Source of the DNA: an uncultured Ardenticatenia bacterium
Lineage (GTDB): Bacteria > Chloroflexota > Anaerolineae > 4572-78 > NAK82
Direction: 5' to 3'
DNA: 64,000 bases
Assembly: GCA_937127125.1 (NCBI GenBank)
Contig: CAKZLO010000006.1
Span: forward strand, 5,535-69,534
Shown in pieces: positions 37,650-46,925 of this stretch (positions are counted from its first letter, which is position 1; every line of letters begins with the position of its first letter). The notes beneath the pieces are model-generated. The model did not search any database, had not been told where the DNA came from, and was given only the letters and a program-made list of their open reading frames with translations. Both the position numbers and the translations under genes were made by a program.

Positions 37650-38306
37650 TCACAGCCGCATTGCTTCCCGGACCCACTCCATCATAGCGGCTTCGGGGAT
37701 CGCCCCCTCAATCTTGATCTTGTCATTGATCACTGTGCGCGGTACCCCTTGCACCTGGTAAAACAGGGCCAGATGGGGGAATTCGGTGATCTCAATCATA
37801 TCGGCTTGCACCAGGTCGCTCTGAAACGCCATCTGGTGCGCCAGGCGCACTGCCTGGGGGCAGTATGGACAGGTGGGAGCCACAAACACTTGCACATGCA
37901 GGGGTTTTTTCAGCTCTGCCAGCAGTGCTCGACTGGCTTCGCTGAGACCCGAGTCGCCACGCGACACCATGAGGATATCCTCGATAAAGGGGGTGAACTC
38001 GTAGCCAGCGGGAATGCCATAGAAACGAATGCCGAAATCCTTGGGCTGATTCCCTCCCTGCATCACCACGATAGCTGGGATGCGGCGGATCGTATAGCGA
38101 TCGACGGCCTCACGGTCTTTGGTAAAGTCAAAGACTTCCAACGAGATCTTGTCCGAAAGACTGGCAACCTCTTCAGTAACTTCACGTGTTTCGCGGCAGT
38201 ACATGCACTCCATCGGCTGGGTGAAGACCACCAGCTTGACCGGCCGCTGCAGTGCCTGAAACGCTTGGCGGAGCAGGGACTTGTCTTCTTCCTTCAGCAA
38301 CCCCAT
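37650..38306 (-). CDS. protein disulfide oxidoreductase (two thioredoxin-fold units, glutaredoxin-like)
   Basis: Two CxxC sites (CMYC near the N-terminus and CPYC in PTCPYCPQAV). The size and layout match thermophile PDO-type proteins. Confidence 0.75.
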   Translation of the reverse strand: MGLLKEEDKSLLRQAFQALQRPVKLVVFTQPMECMYCRETREVTEEVASLSDKISLEVFDFTKDREAVDRYTIRRIPAIVVMQGGNQPKDFGIRFYGIPAGYEFTPFIEDILMVSRGDSGLSEASRALLAELKKPLHVQVFVAPTCPYCPQAVRLAHQMAFQSDLVQADMIEITEFPHLALFYQVQGVPRTVINDKIKIEGAIPEAAMMEWVREAMRL

Positions 38307-38373
38307 AGGAATCCACCTCCGTCGGAGAGAGACACCCTCTTACGAGATGCACAAGAGACAACCCGTCGGGTCC

Positions 38374-38829
38374 TCAATTGTCCTTGAGGACTACTTGATC
38401 GTACTCGATCTCAAACCGCAGCTTGTGCTTGGCTTCCTCCTGAGCCAAGGCCAACAGGACTTCACGCAGGCTTGGCTCCGGAGCCAGTTCAGCCAGCTGT
38501 TGGTACAGGGCAAAAGCAGCTTTTTCTTTCTTCATTGCCAGGATGAGAGCACCCTGATAATCCAAGTCAGGGCTGGGTGTCACGTCGACCACAAAATCGC
38601 TGATGCGCAGATCAGAGATCTTGGCGGCAGCCGGGTGCAGCTGCTTGCCAGCCTTCACGGCTAACAACTTGGCCTTGTGACCACGTTCCTCATTGGCAAA
38701 TTCGAGAAAGATGCGTTCCATTCCGGGCCGCACGCTCTTCTTGGCAAGATCGGTGTAAAATTGCACCGATTCTTCCTCGCCACGGATGGCAAAGTCGAGA
38801 ATGCCGTCTACAGTTCGCAAGTCTTCCAC
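38374..38829 (-). CDS. rubrerythrin/ferritin-like diiron protein (no rubredoxin domain)
   Basis: Repeated E...ExxH ligand pattern (EEES, EERGH, KKEK, QEEAKH). GTG start with a GGGGA RBS. Confidence 0.75.
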   Translation of the reverse strand: MEDLRTVDGILDFAIRGEEESVQFYTDLAKKSVRPGMERIFLEFANEERGHKAKLLAVKAGKQLHPAAAKISDLRISDFVVDVTPSPDLDYQGALILAMKKEKAAFALYQQLAELAPEPSLREVLLALAQEEAKHKLRFEIEYDQVVLKDN

Positions 38830-38865
38830 AGGACACGTCCCCTTTCTCTATAAGCATTTTCAAGT

Positions 38866-38879
38866 TTAAAGTACTGTAA
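38866..38879. promoter_or_regulatory. 14-bp near-palindrome (candidate operator) in the rubrerythrin-like gene leader
   Basis: TTAAAGTACTGTAA has one mismatched pair and is centred on AGTACT. It lies between the predicted -10 box and the start codon. Confidence 0.3.
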
Positions 38880-38891
38880 TAGATAAAGCCT

Positions 38892-38920
38892 ATCTTACAC
38901 TTCTTTGAGGAATGGGACAA
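38892..38920 (-). promoter_or_regulatory. sigma-70-type promoter candidate for the rubrerythrin-like/PDO genes
   Basis: On the minus strand: TTGTCC, a 17-nt spacer, then TAAGAT. Confidence 0.4.
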
Positions 38921-38995
38921 TTTTTGTACAGCTAAGACCATTCGAGAGAACCTGTGTCCGATCCCCTCGACTTCAGGTGAATTGTACACAACTGG

Positions 38996-39622
38996 TCAAT
39001 CAAAGTCGGTTGGCCACTCTGGATGGCGATAATGCTCAAATATGCGCGCTATCTGAGACGGTGTGACGCGACCCAGAGAAAGATCGGAGGGGATTTCATC
39101 TTGGCGGAAAAAAGCTACCCCGCTGGTTTCAACGCTTTCGGCAGCACCACCTCCTAGCAGCTCACACCGGAAGAAAATCTTGTAAATGTGAAATGGGCTG
39201 AGAGGCTCATGGCCATGCTTGCGCCGGTCATAAACCGCCAACACTTTTACCGCGCGCACCCGATAGCCAGACTCCTCAAAAACCTCTCGCTCCACACTTT
39301 GGCTGGGTGTATCGCCAACATCTGCCCAGCCACCAGGCAGGGTCCAGCGGTCGTGATCTGCGCGCTCCCGCACAAGCAACAACGCATCATCGCGAAATAC
39401 CACGCCGCGCACATCCACCTTCGGTGTCATGTAGCCTTGCTCGGTGCTGAATAGAGCGGCGATCTGCCCGACGTCCACATCAGCAGCGGCGGCGAGCATC
39501 TCGTGCGCTATTTTCTGCACCGTTCGGTATCGCTCAACATCGAAGGGATTATCGGCAAACATCAGGCCGTTGTGCGCTAAAGACTGCAAGCGCATCGCCC
39601 AGTCCAGGATATGAGGTTCCAT
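38996..39622 (-). CDS. NUDIX hydrolase with an N-terminal Nudix_N_2-like domain
   Basis: Nudix box GGWADVGDTPSQSVEREVFEESGY. Confidence 0.8.
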   Translation of the reverse strand: MEPHILDWAMRLQSLAHNGLMFADNPFDVERYRTVQKIAHEMLAAAADVDVGQIAALFSTEQGYMTPKVDVRGVVFRDDALLLVRERADHDRWTLPGGWADVGDTPSQSVEREVFEESGYRVRAVKVLAVYDRRKHGHEPLSPFHIYKIFFRCELLGGGAAESVETSGVAFFRQDEIPSDLSLGRVTPSQIARIFEHYRHPEWPTDFD

Positions 39623-39746
39623 TTCTCAGATAGTTGCCTTGCTCATGGTATGCCTGCGAGGGCATTTCTTACGAATACATTATATTGGGCGAAGCTGTTC
39701 TTTACAATATTGGGGCGCACCCCTCACCACCGAGACCGGCAACAGA

Positions 39747-39775
39747 TTGCTCACCTTCCTCACGGCTAGTATAAT
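39747..39775 (+). promoter_or_regulatory. sigma-70-type promoter candidate for dcd-rnz
   Basis: TTGCTC, a 17-nt spacer, then TATAAT (39770..39775). Confidence 0.5.
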
Positions 39776-39827
39776 CCGTGCGATTGTGCAATTCTCCTGA
39801 TTATCCCATAGGGGGGTGTATAGAGTG

Positions 39828-40409
39828 ATGAGCATCAAGCCCGACCACTGGATCGAGAAAATGGCGTTAGAGCACAGGATGATAGAGCCGTTCGAGCCGA
39901 AACAAGTCCGTGCAGGAGTTGTGTCGTACGGCCTCTCCTCGTATGGGTATGATATCCGAGTAGCGGATGAGTTTAAGATCTTCACCAATGTGTTCACCAC
40001 TGTTGTAGACCCCAAGCATTTCGACGACCGTTCGTTCGTCGAGTTTAAGGGTGCGGTGTGCACTATTCCGCCCAACTCTTTTGCGCTGGCGCGCACGGTT
40101 GAGTATTTTCGCATTCCGCGCGATGTGTTGACCATCTGCGTGGGCAAGTCAACCTATGCACGCTGTGGCATCATCGTGAACGTGACCCCATTTGAGCCCG
40201 AGTGGGAAGGTTACGCCACACTCGAAATCTCCAACACGACCCCCCTGCCGGCACGCATTTATGCTAATGAGGGCATTGCTCAGGTTATCTTCTTCCAGGC
40301 GAGCGAAGTGTGTCGGGTATCTTATGCCGACAAGAAGGGCAGATATCAGCGGCAGATGGGTATCACGCTGCCTCAAGTCACACCAGACACTGCATCCGGC
40401 CTCTCATAG
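39828..40409 (+). CDS. dcd: dCTP deaminase
   Basis: MSIKPDHWI...SYGYD(I/L)R...LEISN...P family pattern. The ATG at 39828 is preferred over 39816. Confidence 0.9.
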   Translation: MSIKPDHWIEKMALEHRMIEPFEPKQVRAGVVSYGLSSYGYDIRVADEFKIFTNVFTTVVDPKHFDDRSFVEFKGAVCTIPPNSFALARTVEYFRIPRDVLTICVGKSTYARCGIIVNVTPFEPEWEGYATLEISNTTPLPARIYANEGIAQVIFFQASEVCRVSYADKKGRYQRQMGITLPQVTPDTASGLS

Positions 40410-41327
40410 ATGTTCGAAATAGTCTTCCTTGGCACCTCGGCAAGCGCACCCAGTGTTCACCGCGGATTATCTTCCCAGGTGGTCATTTATAACGAACATC
40501 GCTTCTTGATCGACTGTGGCGAGGGCACGCAACGTCAGGTGCTTAAAAGTGGCTTGGGGTTCAAGCGGCTGGACAAGATATTGATCACCCATGGCCACTT
40601 GGATCACATTCTGGGTCTGGGTGGCTTGATCTCGACCTTCAGCCGCTGGGAAGCTATCGAACATGTCGAGATCTACGCCGGCCAGTGGGCATTGGAACGG
40701 GTGCGAGACCTGCTCCTCGGCGTGGTGCTGCGCGGCGAACGCGTCTCGCTGCAGATCGATTTCATCCCACTTGAGCCGGGAATCCTGATGGAGGACAACA
40801 AGTTTCAATTGCGCGTGTTCCCTGTCTCGCACCGTGGTCCTGATTGCTACGGTTTCTCATTCGAGGAAAAACCACATCGCCCCTTCTTAGTTGAGAAAGC
40901 CGAAGCACTGGGTGTGCCAGCCGGCCCAGAGCGCAGCCAGCTCGTGCGGGGGCACAGCATTACCCTGCCGAATGGTCACATCATCACTCCCGATCAGGTT
41001 CTGGGTGATCCCGTGCCGGGAGCCAAACTCGCCTTTGTGGGTGATGCCGGACGCATCGACAACCTGGTTCGCGAGGTAGAAGGGGCTGATCTCTTGGTGA
41101 TCGAGGCCACCTATCTCGAGATTGAAGCTGACATAGCGCGCCAGTTTGGGCATCTGACCGCTGCCCAAGCGGCTCAGCTCGCAGCCGAGGCGAACGTGCG
41201 ACAGCTGTGCCTGACGCATATCTCACGCCGTTACCACGCCAGTGCTGTCCTGGCTGAGGCACAGGCGATCTTTCCCAATGTGTGTGTCGCGAACGACTTT
41301 GACCATTTCAAGGTCAGCCGACGCTGA
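40410..41327 (+). CDS. rnz: ribonuclease Z
   Basis: [10 protein letters not shown]-terminus and the metallo-beta-lactamase HxHxDH motif ([11 protein letters not shown]). Starts immediately after the dcd stop. Confidence 0.9.
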   Translation: MFEIVFLGTSASAPSVHRGLSSQVVIYNEHRFLIDCGEGTQRQVLKSGLGFKRLDKILITHGHLDHILGLGGLISTFSRWEAIEHVEIYAGQWALERVRDLLLGVVLRGERVSLQIDFIPLEPGILMEDNKFQLRVFPVSHRGPDCYGFSFEEKPHRPFLVEKAEALGVPAGPERSQLVRGHSITLPNGHIITPDQVLGDPVPGAKLAFVGDAGRIDNLVREVEGADLLVIEATYLEIEADIARQFGHLTAAQAAQLAAEANVRQLCLTHISRRYHASAVLAEAQAIFPNVCVANDFDHFKVSRR

Positions 41328-41402
41328 GATGTTCATTTATGGAATTATCTTTTGATGTCCTACGCTGTATGATGTGTTTGGTTGTGAAAGAATTGTGTTT
41401 CT

Positions 41403-42245
41403 ATGGCGCCTGATCGTACAAAGATTCAGCTGATCGCTCTGGACCTTGACGGCACACTGGTGGGGCGTTCGCTCACAATACCAGAGCGCAATCGGAATGC
41501 TCTCCGCGCTGCAATGCAGGCTGGTTGTTGGGTGACGATTGCCACAGGGCGCTCGCTCATTCCCACAGATCGTTTTGCGCGCGAACTCGATCTGAACGCG
41601 CCGTTGATCTTGTACCAGGGGGCTCTGATCCAAGACTATCGTGATGGCACAATCATTCATCGCGAGACGCTGCCACTGTCTCTGGCACGCGAGATTGCTG
41701 CCTTCGCTGCTGCGCGAGCGTGTGCAACTCAGGTGCACGATGAGGATGGTGCTGCGTTCACTACGCGTACCAACCCGATCGTTGCTCGCATGCAAGCGAT
41801 CACCGGAGTGCGTGCCACCCTCGTGGACGACCTGGTGACCTGGTTGCATCGCCCTCCACTCAAGTTTCTCTTCATAGAAGAGCCTGAGAGGACGATCGAG
41901 CTGGTACAACAGCTCCGAGAGCATTTTGACGGGCGTGTGAACGTCGTGCGCTCCCATGACCTGATTGTGGAAGTCACTGCTCCACAGGTGTCCAAAGGGC
42001 GCGCGCTGGCAATCCTGGCCTCGCATTTAGGTGTTCCCCGCGCCGCCACGCTAGCAATGGGAGACCACGACAACGACGCTGACATGCTGGCGTGGGCAGG
42101 CCTGGGCATTGCAATGCACAATGCCAGCATCGCCGCACAAACAGCTGCCGATATGGTTGCGCCACCACAGCCATCACCCGAAGGACATGACATAGCGGTC
42201 GCTTGGGCAATTGAGAGGTTTGTTTTGGATAGGGTGCCTTCATAA
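41403..42245 (+). CDS. Cof-type HAD-IIB phosphatase
   Basis: DLDGTL motif I, a C-terminal GDHDNDADM motif and a Cof-like cap region. Confidence 0.8.
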   Translation: MAPDRTKIQLIALDLDGTLVGRSLTIPERNRNALRAAMQAGCWVTIATGRSLIPTDRFARELDLNAPLILYQGALIQDYRDGTIIHRETLPLSLAREIAAFAAARACATQVHDEDGAAFTTRTNPIVARMQAITGVRATLVDDLVTWLHRPPLKFLFIEEPERTIELVQQLREHFDGRVNVVRSHDLIVEVTAPQVSKGRALAILASHLGVPRAATLAMGDHDNDADMLAWAGLGIAMHNASIAAQTAADMVAPPQPSPEGHDIAVAWAIERFVLDRVPS

Positions 42246-42247
42246 GT

Positions 42248-43432
42248 ATGCGCATCGGAATTGATGCCAGCCGTGCTGTCCGTCCAGAACAGACTGGCAC
42301 CGAAACTTACTCCTTGCACATCATTCGCGCCTTGTTGCACACGCAGCAAGACCATCGAGAGCATCACCTCATCCTATATGCTCACGCCGCATTGCCCATT
42401 GATTTGCTGATCGGAACAGAAGCCAGCCGGAGTAGCTCGTTGTGCTCTGGTACTGGGAGCACGGAGACAACCGGTGCATGTACGATTCGGGTGATCCCTT
42501 TTCCGCGTCTCTGGACGCACGTCCGACTTAATTGGGAATTGCGACGTCGTCCACCTGATCTCCTTTTCATCCCGGCACACGTTATGCCGGTTGCCTGCCC
42601 AGTGCCAGCAGTGGTCACAGTGCACGACCTGGGCTATCTCTACTACCCGGAAGCGCATCGCGCCTTTGACCGTTGGTACCTGCATTGGAGCACACGCCGC
42701 CACGCACGCCTCGCCGCCTGTATCGTCGCTGACTCGCAGGCCACTAAAGAAGATTTAGTGCAACATTATGGAGCAAACGCAGCACGCGTGCGGGTAGTCT
42801 ACCCCGCATACGACGAAACATTGCAGCGTGTCGAAAATCCTCAAATCATTGCCGCTGTGAAGGCTCGCTACTCCATCCGAGGCGATTATCTACTGCATCT
42901 GGGCACGCTCCAGCCGCGCAAGAACCTGTTCCGGCTGATCGAAGCTTTCGCGCGTGTGCAGCTGTCAGGGAGTCCATCGGGTGACGGCGTCTTTCAACTG
43001 GTTTTAGCGGGCAAAAAGGGTTGGGATTATGAGGCGCTGGCGCGTTTAGTCGACAAGATGGGGTTGCAAAACCGGGTTATCTTTACGGGCTACGTGGCGC
43101 CTGGGGACAAAGCAGCACTTCTCAGTGGCGCGCAGGCGCTGGTCTTTCCCTCGCTCTACGAAGGTTTTGGAATCCCTGTGTTGGAGGCGATGGCCTGTGG
43201 CGTGCCGGTATTGACCTCACGAGTGTCCTCACTGCCCGAGGTGGCAGGCGATGCCGCTGTGTTGGTGGATCCTTTGGATGTGGATGACATCGCTGCAGGG
43301 TTGCGGCAGATCGTCTGCCAGTCCGATTTGCGTCACACCCTTATCGCCAGAGGCTACCAGCAGGTGCAGAAATTCTCCTGGCACCGTGCTGCGCAGCAAT
43401 TATGGGAGGTGTTTGATTCTGCGCTCGCCTGA
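42248..43432 (+). CDS. glycosyltransferase family 4 (GT-B fold)
   Basis: C-terminal EGFGIPVLEAMACGVPV (E-x7-E region) typical of GT4. Confidence 0.85.
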   Translation: MRIGIDASRAVRPEQTGTETYSLHIIRALLHTQQDHREHHLILYAHAALPIDLLIGTEASRSSSLCSGTGSTETTGACTIRVIPFPRLWTHVRLNWELRRRPPDLLFIPAHVMPVACPVPAVVTVHDLGYLYYPEAHRAFDRWYLHWSTRRHARLAACIVADSQATKEDLVQHYGANAARVRVVYPAYDETLQRVENPQIIAAVKARYSIRGDYLLHLGTLQPRKNLFRLIEAFARVQLSGSPSGDGVFQLVLAGKKGWDYEALARLVDKMGLQNRVIFTGYVAPGDKAALLSGAQALVFPSLYEGFGIPVLEAMACGVPVLTSRVSSLPEVAGDAAVLVDPLDVDDIAAGLRQIVCQSDLRHTLIARGYQQVQKFSWHRAAQQLWEVFDSALA

Positions 43433-44162
43433 CCTTTCCTCGCTATATATACTGGGTGTGCGCGTCGATCGCGTCACCTTCGGACAAACGCTGGCTCTGA
43501 TAGAAGCCTTCATTGCTCAGGGTACTCCGCATCAGATTGTCACGGTCAACCCCGAGTTTGTCATGCTTGCCCAGCGCAATGCTGAATTCCGGCAGGTTAT
43601 CAATCAAAGCGCACTAGCACTGCCAGACGGAATAGGCGTGTGGTGGGCGAGCCGTCGCCTGCGCTGTCCGATCCCGGAGCGTGTGCCAGGTGTGGATCTG
43701 GTGGTGCGTCTGGCCCAACTCTCAGCGGCCAAAGGATATCGCATGTACTTTCTTGGCGCGATGCCGGGCGTGGCAGCGCGCGCGGCATCTGTGTTGCAAA
43801 CGCGTTTTCCCGGCGCCGTTGTGGCAGGTCATTACGCTGGTTCGCCGCGTGCAGAGGAAAACGCGTCTATCGTGGAACGCATCCGGGCACAACGCCCTGA
43901 CATACTGTTCGTCGCCTTCGGTGCACCGGCGCAAGACCTGTGGATCGCACGCAATCTGCAGACATTGCAGGTGCCTGTGTGCATAGGGGTGGGGGGCTCC
44001 TTTGATTACATTGCCGGCGTGCGTCCGCTGGCACCTCAGTGGCTGCGCAAGATAGGGTTGGAATGGCTGTACAGATTGATCACCCAACCTTGGCGCTGGC
44101 GACGTATGCTGGTGTTGCCACTTTTTGCCTGGCGCGTGTTATGGAGCAGAGCAGTTGACTGA
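43413..44162 (+). CDS. WecG/TagA/CpsF family glycosyltransferase (GT26)
   Basis: ILGVRVDRVT...VTVNPEFVMLA...LALPDGIGVWWA...FGAPAQDLW pattern. The start is uncertain: the TTG at 43413 follows GGGAGGTG, and the upstream part of the ORF-track frame overlaps the GT4 gene. Confidence 0.75.
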   Translation: MILRSPDLSSLYILGVRVDRVTFGQTLALIEAFIAQGTPHQIVTVNPEFVMLAQRNAEFRQVINQSALALPDGIGVWWASRRLRCPIPERVPGVDLVVRLAQLSAAKGYRMYFLGAMPGVAARAASVLQTRFPGAVVAGHYAGSPRAEENASIVERIRAQRPDILFVAFGAPAQDLWIARNLQTLQVPVCIGVGGSFDYIAGVRPLAPQWLRKIGLEWLYRLITQPWRWRRMLVLPLFAWRVLWSRAVD

Positions 44163-44214
44163 ACAAGAAAGGAATATGTGTAGGGCAATCGTCCTGTACC
44201 TGAGATGAGACACT

Positions 44215-45849
44215 GTGCCTGCAGCAAATCCACCCAGTCTTGAACAACCATCGGTAAGCACAACCGACATCGCCGGAGCAGCTTCGCTGATCGCCTTGGG
44301 AAATGTTGCCAGTCGCGTGCTGGGGCTTCTCAGGGAGATGACCATTGCTTATCTCTTCGGCGCAAGCGGCTTGGTGTCCGCCTTTGAGGTTGCCAGTCGC
44401 GTACCGCGTATGCTGTTTGACCTGCTCATCGATGGGCTGGTTAGCAGTGCACTGGTGCCTGTCTTCTCGGAACTGGCGGAGCGCGACCGTGCCGAGCTGT
44501 GGCGCGTTGCCAGCATCATGCTCAGCTTCACCACCCTCCTGATGAGCCTAGCACTGTTGGTGATAGAGGTAGGGGCTCATCAGATTGCCTGGTTGATGTC
44601 GGGAGGATTCGACGTCCAGCTCTTGCAGACCACAGCTTACCTCATGCGCCTCACCTCACCGGCGGTGATCTTCCTCAGCCTCTCCGGGATCACCACAGGT
44701 TTGCTCTACGCCCTAAAACGTTTTACTCTACCCGCCTTTGCGGTGGCAGTTTTCAACGCCAGTCTGGTCGTAATGGCACTGATACTGACGGGCTGGTTGG
44801 GGTTTGGCGTCGAGAGCCTGGCGGTGGGCATGGTGGTTGGCTCGGCAGCGCAGGTGGCCCTGCAGCTGCCAGGATTGCGCGGAGCACGATTACGCTTTGA
44901 GCTGAACCTGCAACATCCACAATTGCGGCGCATTGTAAAACTCTATCTGCCCGTTATCCTTGGACTGATTATCAGCCAAGTCGGCATTGTGATTGACCGT
45001 AATCTAGCCAGTCGCACAGGGGAGCAAAGCATTGCCTGGATGCGTTATGCCACCACTGTGGTACAATTTCCATTGGGGTTGGTGTCGGCAGCGATTGCGA
45101 TGGCTATCCTGCCCACGCTAAGTCGGCTGGCGACCCGGCCACAAATTGTTGATGGCATTATAGAAGCTGGCTCAAATTCTGCCGAGTTTGCTGAGACGCT
45201 CGTCCGAGGCATTCGTATGGTGTTGGTGCTCATTCTACCTGCCGTTGTGGGCCTTTTTGCGATCGCGGAACCGTTGATCACACTGGTTTTCCAGCATGGT
45301 GATTTCACCAGCTATGATACTCAGCAGACAGCGCTGGCATTGCGTCTCTACCTGTTGGGCACCACTTTCGCCGCAATCGACTTGCCGTTGGTTTTCGCCT
45401 TTTACGCACGCCGAAATACCCTTACGCCAGCATTGGTGGGCGTGCTAGGTGTTCTCATTTATCTGATAGTTGCGCTGGCACCTGCCCTCTTTCGGGAGCT
45501 GCGGATGACCGATTTGGTACTGGCCAATTCGGCCCAGCTGACAGCCCATGCCATTGTGATGTTATGGCTGACTCACCGAAAGGTGTCCCTGACGGGTTAT
45601 CGTTTGGGATACACCACCATAAGAACACTGCTATCGGCACTCATGATGGGCACGCTGGCCTACTGGGTACAGCTGGAGCTAAGCCGTCACTTCCCAGGCG
45701 GAACGCTTCTTGACCAGATCATCATCGTTGCGGGTGCTGTGGTCGCGGGCTGTAGCGTCTATGGCGGCTTGCTAACCGCGCTCCGCGTCGAAGAGGTGCC
45801 TATGTTGTTAAGCTTATTGCAACGACCCTTTGCCCGTCTGATCCGATAG
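44215..45849 (+). CDS. murJ: lipid II flippase MurJ/MviN
   Basis: 14-TM MOP-superfamily protein with the N-terminal SRVLGLLREMTIAYLFGASGLVSAF motif. Confidence 0.85.
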   Translation: MPAANPPSLEQPSVSTTDIAGAASLIALGNVASRVLGLLREMTIAYLFGASGLVSAFEVASRVPRMLFDLLIDGLVSSALVPVFSELAERDRAELWRVASIMLSFTTLLMSLALLVIEVGAHQIAWLMSGGFDVQLLQTTAYLMRLTSPAVIFLSLSGITTGLLYALKRFTLPAFAVAVFNASLVVMALILTGWLGFGVESLAVGMVVGSAAQVALQLPGLRGARLRFELNLQHPQLRRIVKLYLPVILGLIISQVGIVIDRNLASRTGEQSIAWMRYATTVVQFPLGLVSAAIAMAILPTLSRLATRPQIVDGIIEAGSNSAEFAETLVRGIRMVLVLILPAVVGLFAIAEPLITLVFQHGDFTSYDTQQTALALRLYLLGTTFAAIDLPLVFAFYARRNTLTPALVGVLGVLIYLIVALAPALFRELRMTDLVLANSAQLTAHAIVMLWLTHRKVSLTGYRLGYTTIRTLLSALMMGTLAYWVQLELSRHFPGGTLLDQIIIVAGAVVAGCSVYGGLLTALRVEEVPMLLSLLQRPFARLIR

Positions 45850-45852
45850 CTG

Positions 45853-46785
45853 ATGGCGATTGAACATTTTGTCGTTGTTTTCCTGGATGGCGTTGGTCTG
45901 GGCGAGGCGGACCCCGCGATCAACCCACTGGCCCGGGCGGATATGCCCACAGTGCAATCCTTGCTGGACGGTGGCCGCCTGGTGCACGACCACATAGGTC
46001 GCATCACACGACAGGCCAACCTGCTTGCTTTGGATGCCCGTTTGGGTGTTCCAGGTCTGCCCCAGAGTGGCACCGGCCAGACCACGCTGCTGACCGGAAT
46101 CAACGCGCCAGCTCTACTGGGCTATCACGATGGCCCTTATCCAAATGAGACGTTGCGTAAACTCCTGGACCATGAAAACCTGTTTCGTTCCCTCGTCCTC
46201 GCTGGTTTTCCTGTGGCCTACGCTAATGCCTACACCGACCGCTTCTTGCACCGCATTGCGCGAGGAACCCAGCGCCTGAGTGCCAACAGTCGTGCCGCAT
46301 GGGTTGCCGGCCTCACCCTGCGTGGAGCTCAAGAATTGCGGGCAGGCAGGGCAGTATCAGGGCTGCTAACCAACGAATACTTCCACCAACAAGGCTACGA
46401 GGTCCCTGCCATCTCGGCAGAGCAAGCAGGGAAGAATCTGGCGCTATTAGCGCAAGACCATGCGCTTAGCTATTTCGAGTTTTGGATCACTGATCTGGCA
46501 GGACACCGGCAGCATTGGGAGCTATCTTTGCATGCGCTGCAACAGCTTGACCGCTTCCTGTCCGGCATCCTCGCCCACATTGACTTGAGTCGTTCGCTGG
46601 TGCTCGTCATCAGTGATCACGGGAATCTGGAAGATTTGCGCACTCCGCGTCACACGCTCAACCCTGCCATGGCCTTGCTGATCGGCATGGACCATGCAGC
46701 GATCGCCACACAACTGTACGATCTAACCGATGTGACACCAGCCCTGCTCGGTGTGTTGACACGGGAACAACAGGGGCAGAAGTAG
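45853..46785 (+). CDS. alkaline-phosphatase-superfamily metalloenzyme (iPGM / phosphopentomutase-like)
   Basis: N-terminal VVFLDGVGLGE, a C-terminal ISDHGN metal-ligand motif and GQTTLLTG. Starts 3 nt after the murJ stop. Confidence 0.6.
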   Translation: MAIEHFVVVFLDGVGLGEADPAINPLARADMPTVQSLLDGGRLVHDHIGRITRQANLLALDARLGVPGLPQSGTGQTTLLTGINAPALLGYHDGPYPNETLRKLLDHENLFRSLVLAGFPVAYANAYTDRFLHRIARGTQRLSANSRAAWVAGLTLRGAQELRAGRAVSGLLTNEYFHQQGYEVPAISAEQAGKNLALLAQDHALSYFEFWITDLAGHRQHWELSLHALQQLDRFLSGILAHIDLSRSLVLVISDHGNLEDLRTPRHTLNPAMALLIGMDHAAIATQLYDLTDVTPALLGVLTREQQGQK

Positions 46786-46863
46786 TCTTTCCCCGTGTTC
46801 CAGCCAGCTTCCTTGCCCTGTGTCTTACCTGAGGGCATACAATCAGCTTGTCCACATTATTTA

Positions 46864-46891
46864 TTGACAAAGCATCTGAAGCGTGTATGAA
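46864..46891 (+). promoter_or_regulatory. sigma-70-type promoter candidate
   Basis: TTGACA, a 16-nt spacer, then TATGAA preceded by TG (extended -10). It lies 35 nt upstream of the 46926 start. Confidence 0.45.
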
Positions 46892-46925
46892 TCTCCTGAA
46901 AGTGAATATCAAGGAGGGAATCTTT

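Noticed and set aside
41337-42367. Two long minus-strand ORFs (229 aa and 212 aa).
   Set aside because: They are antisense to the Cof phosphatase and GT4 genes, which have clear family motifs. The antisense translations have none.
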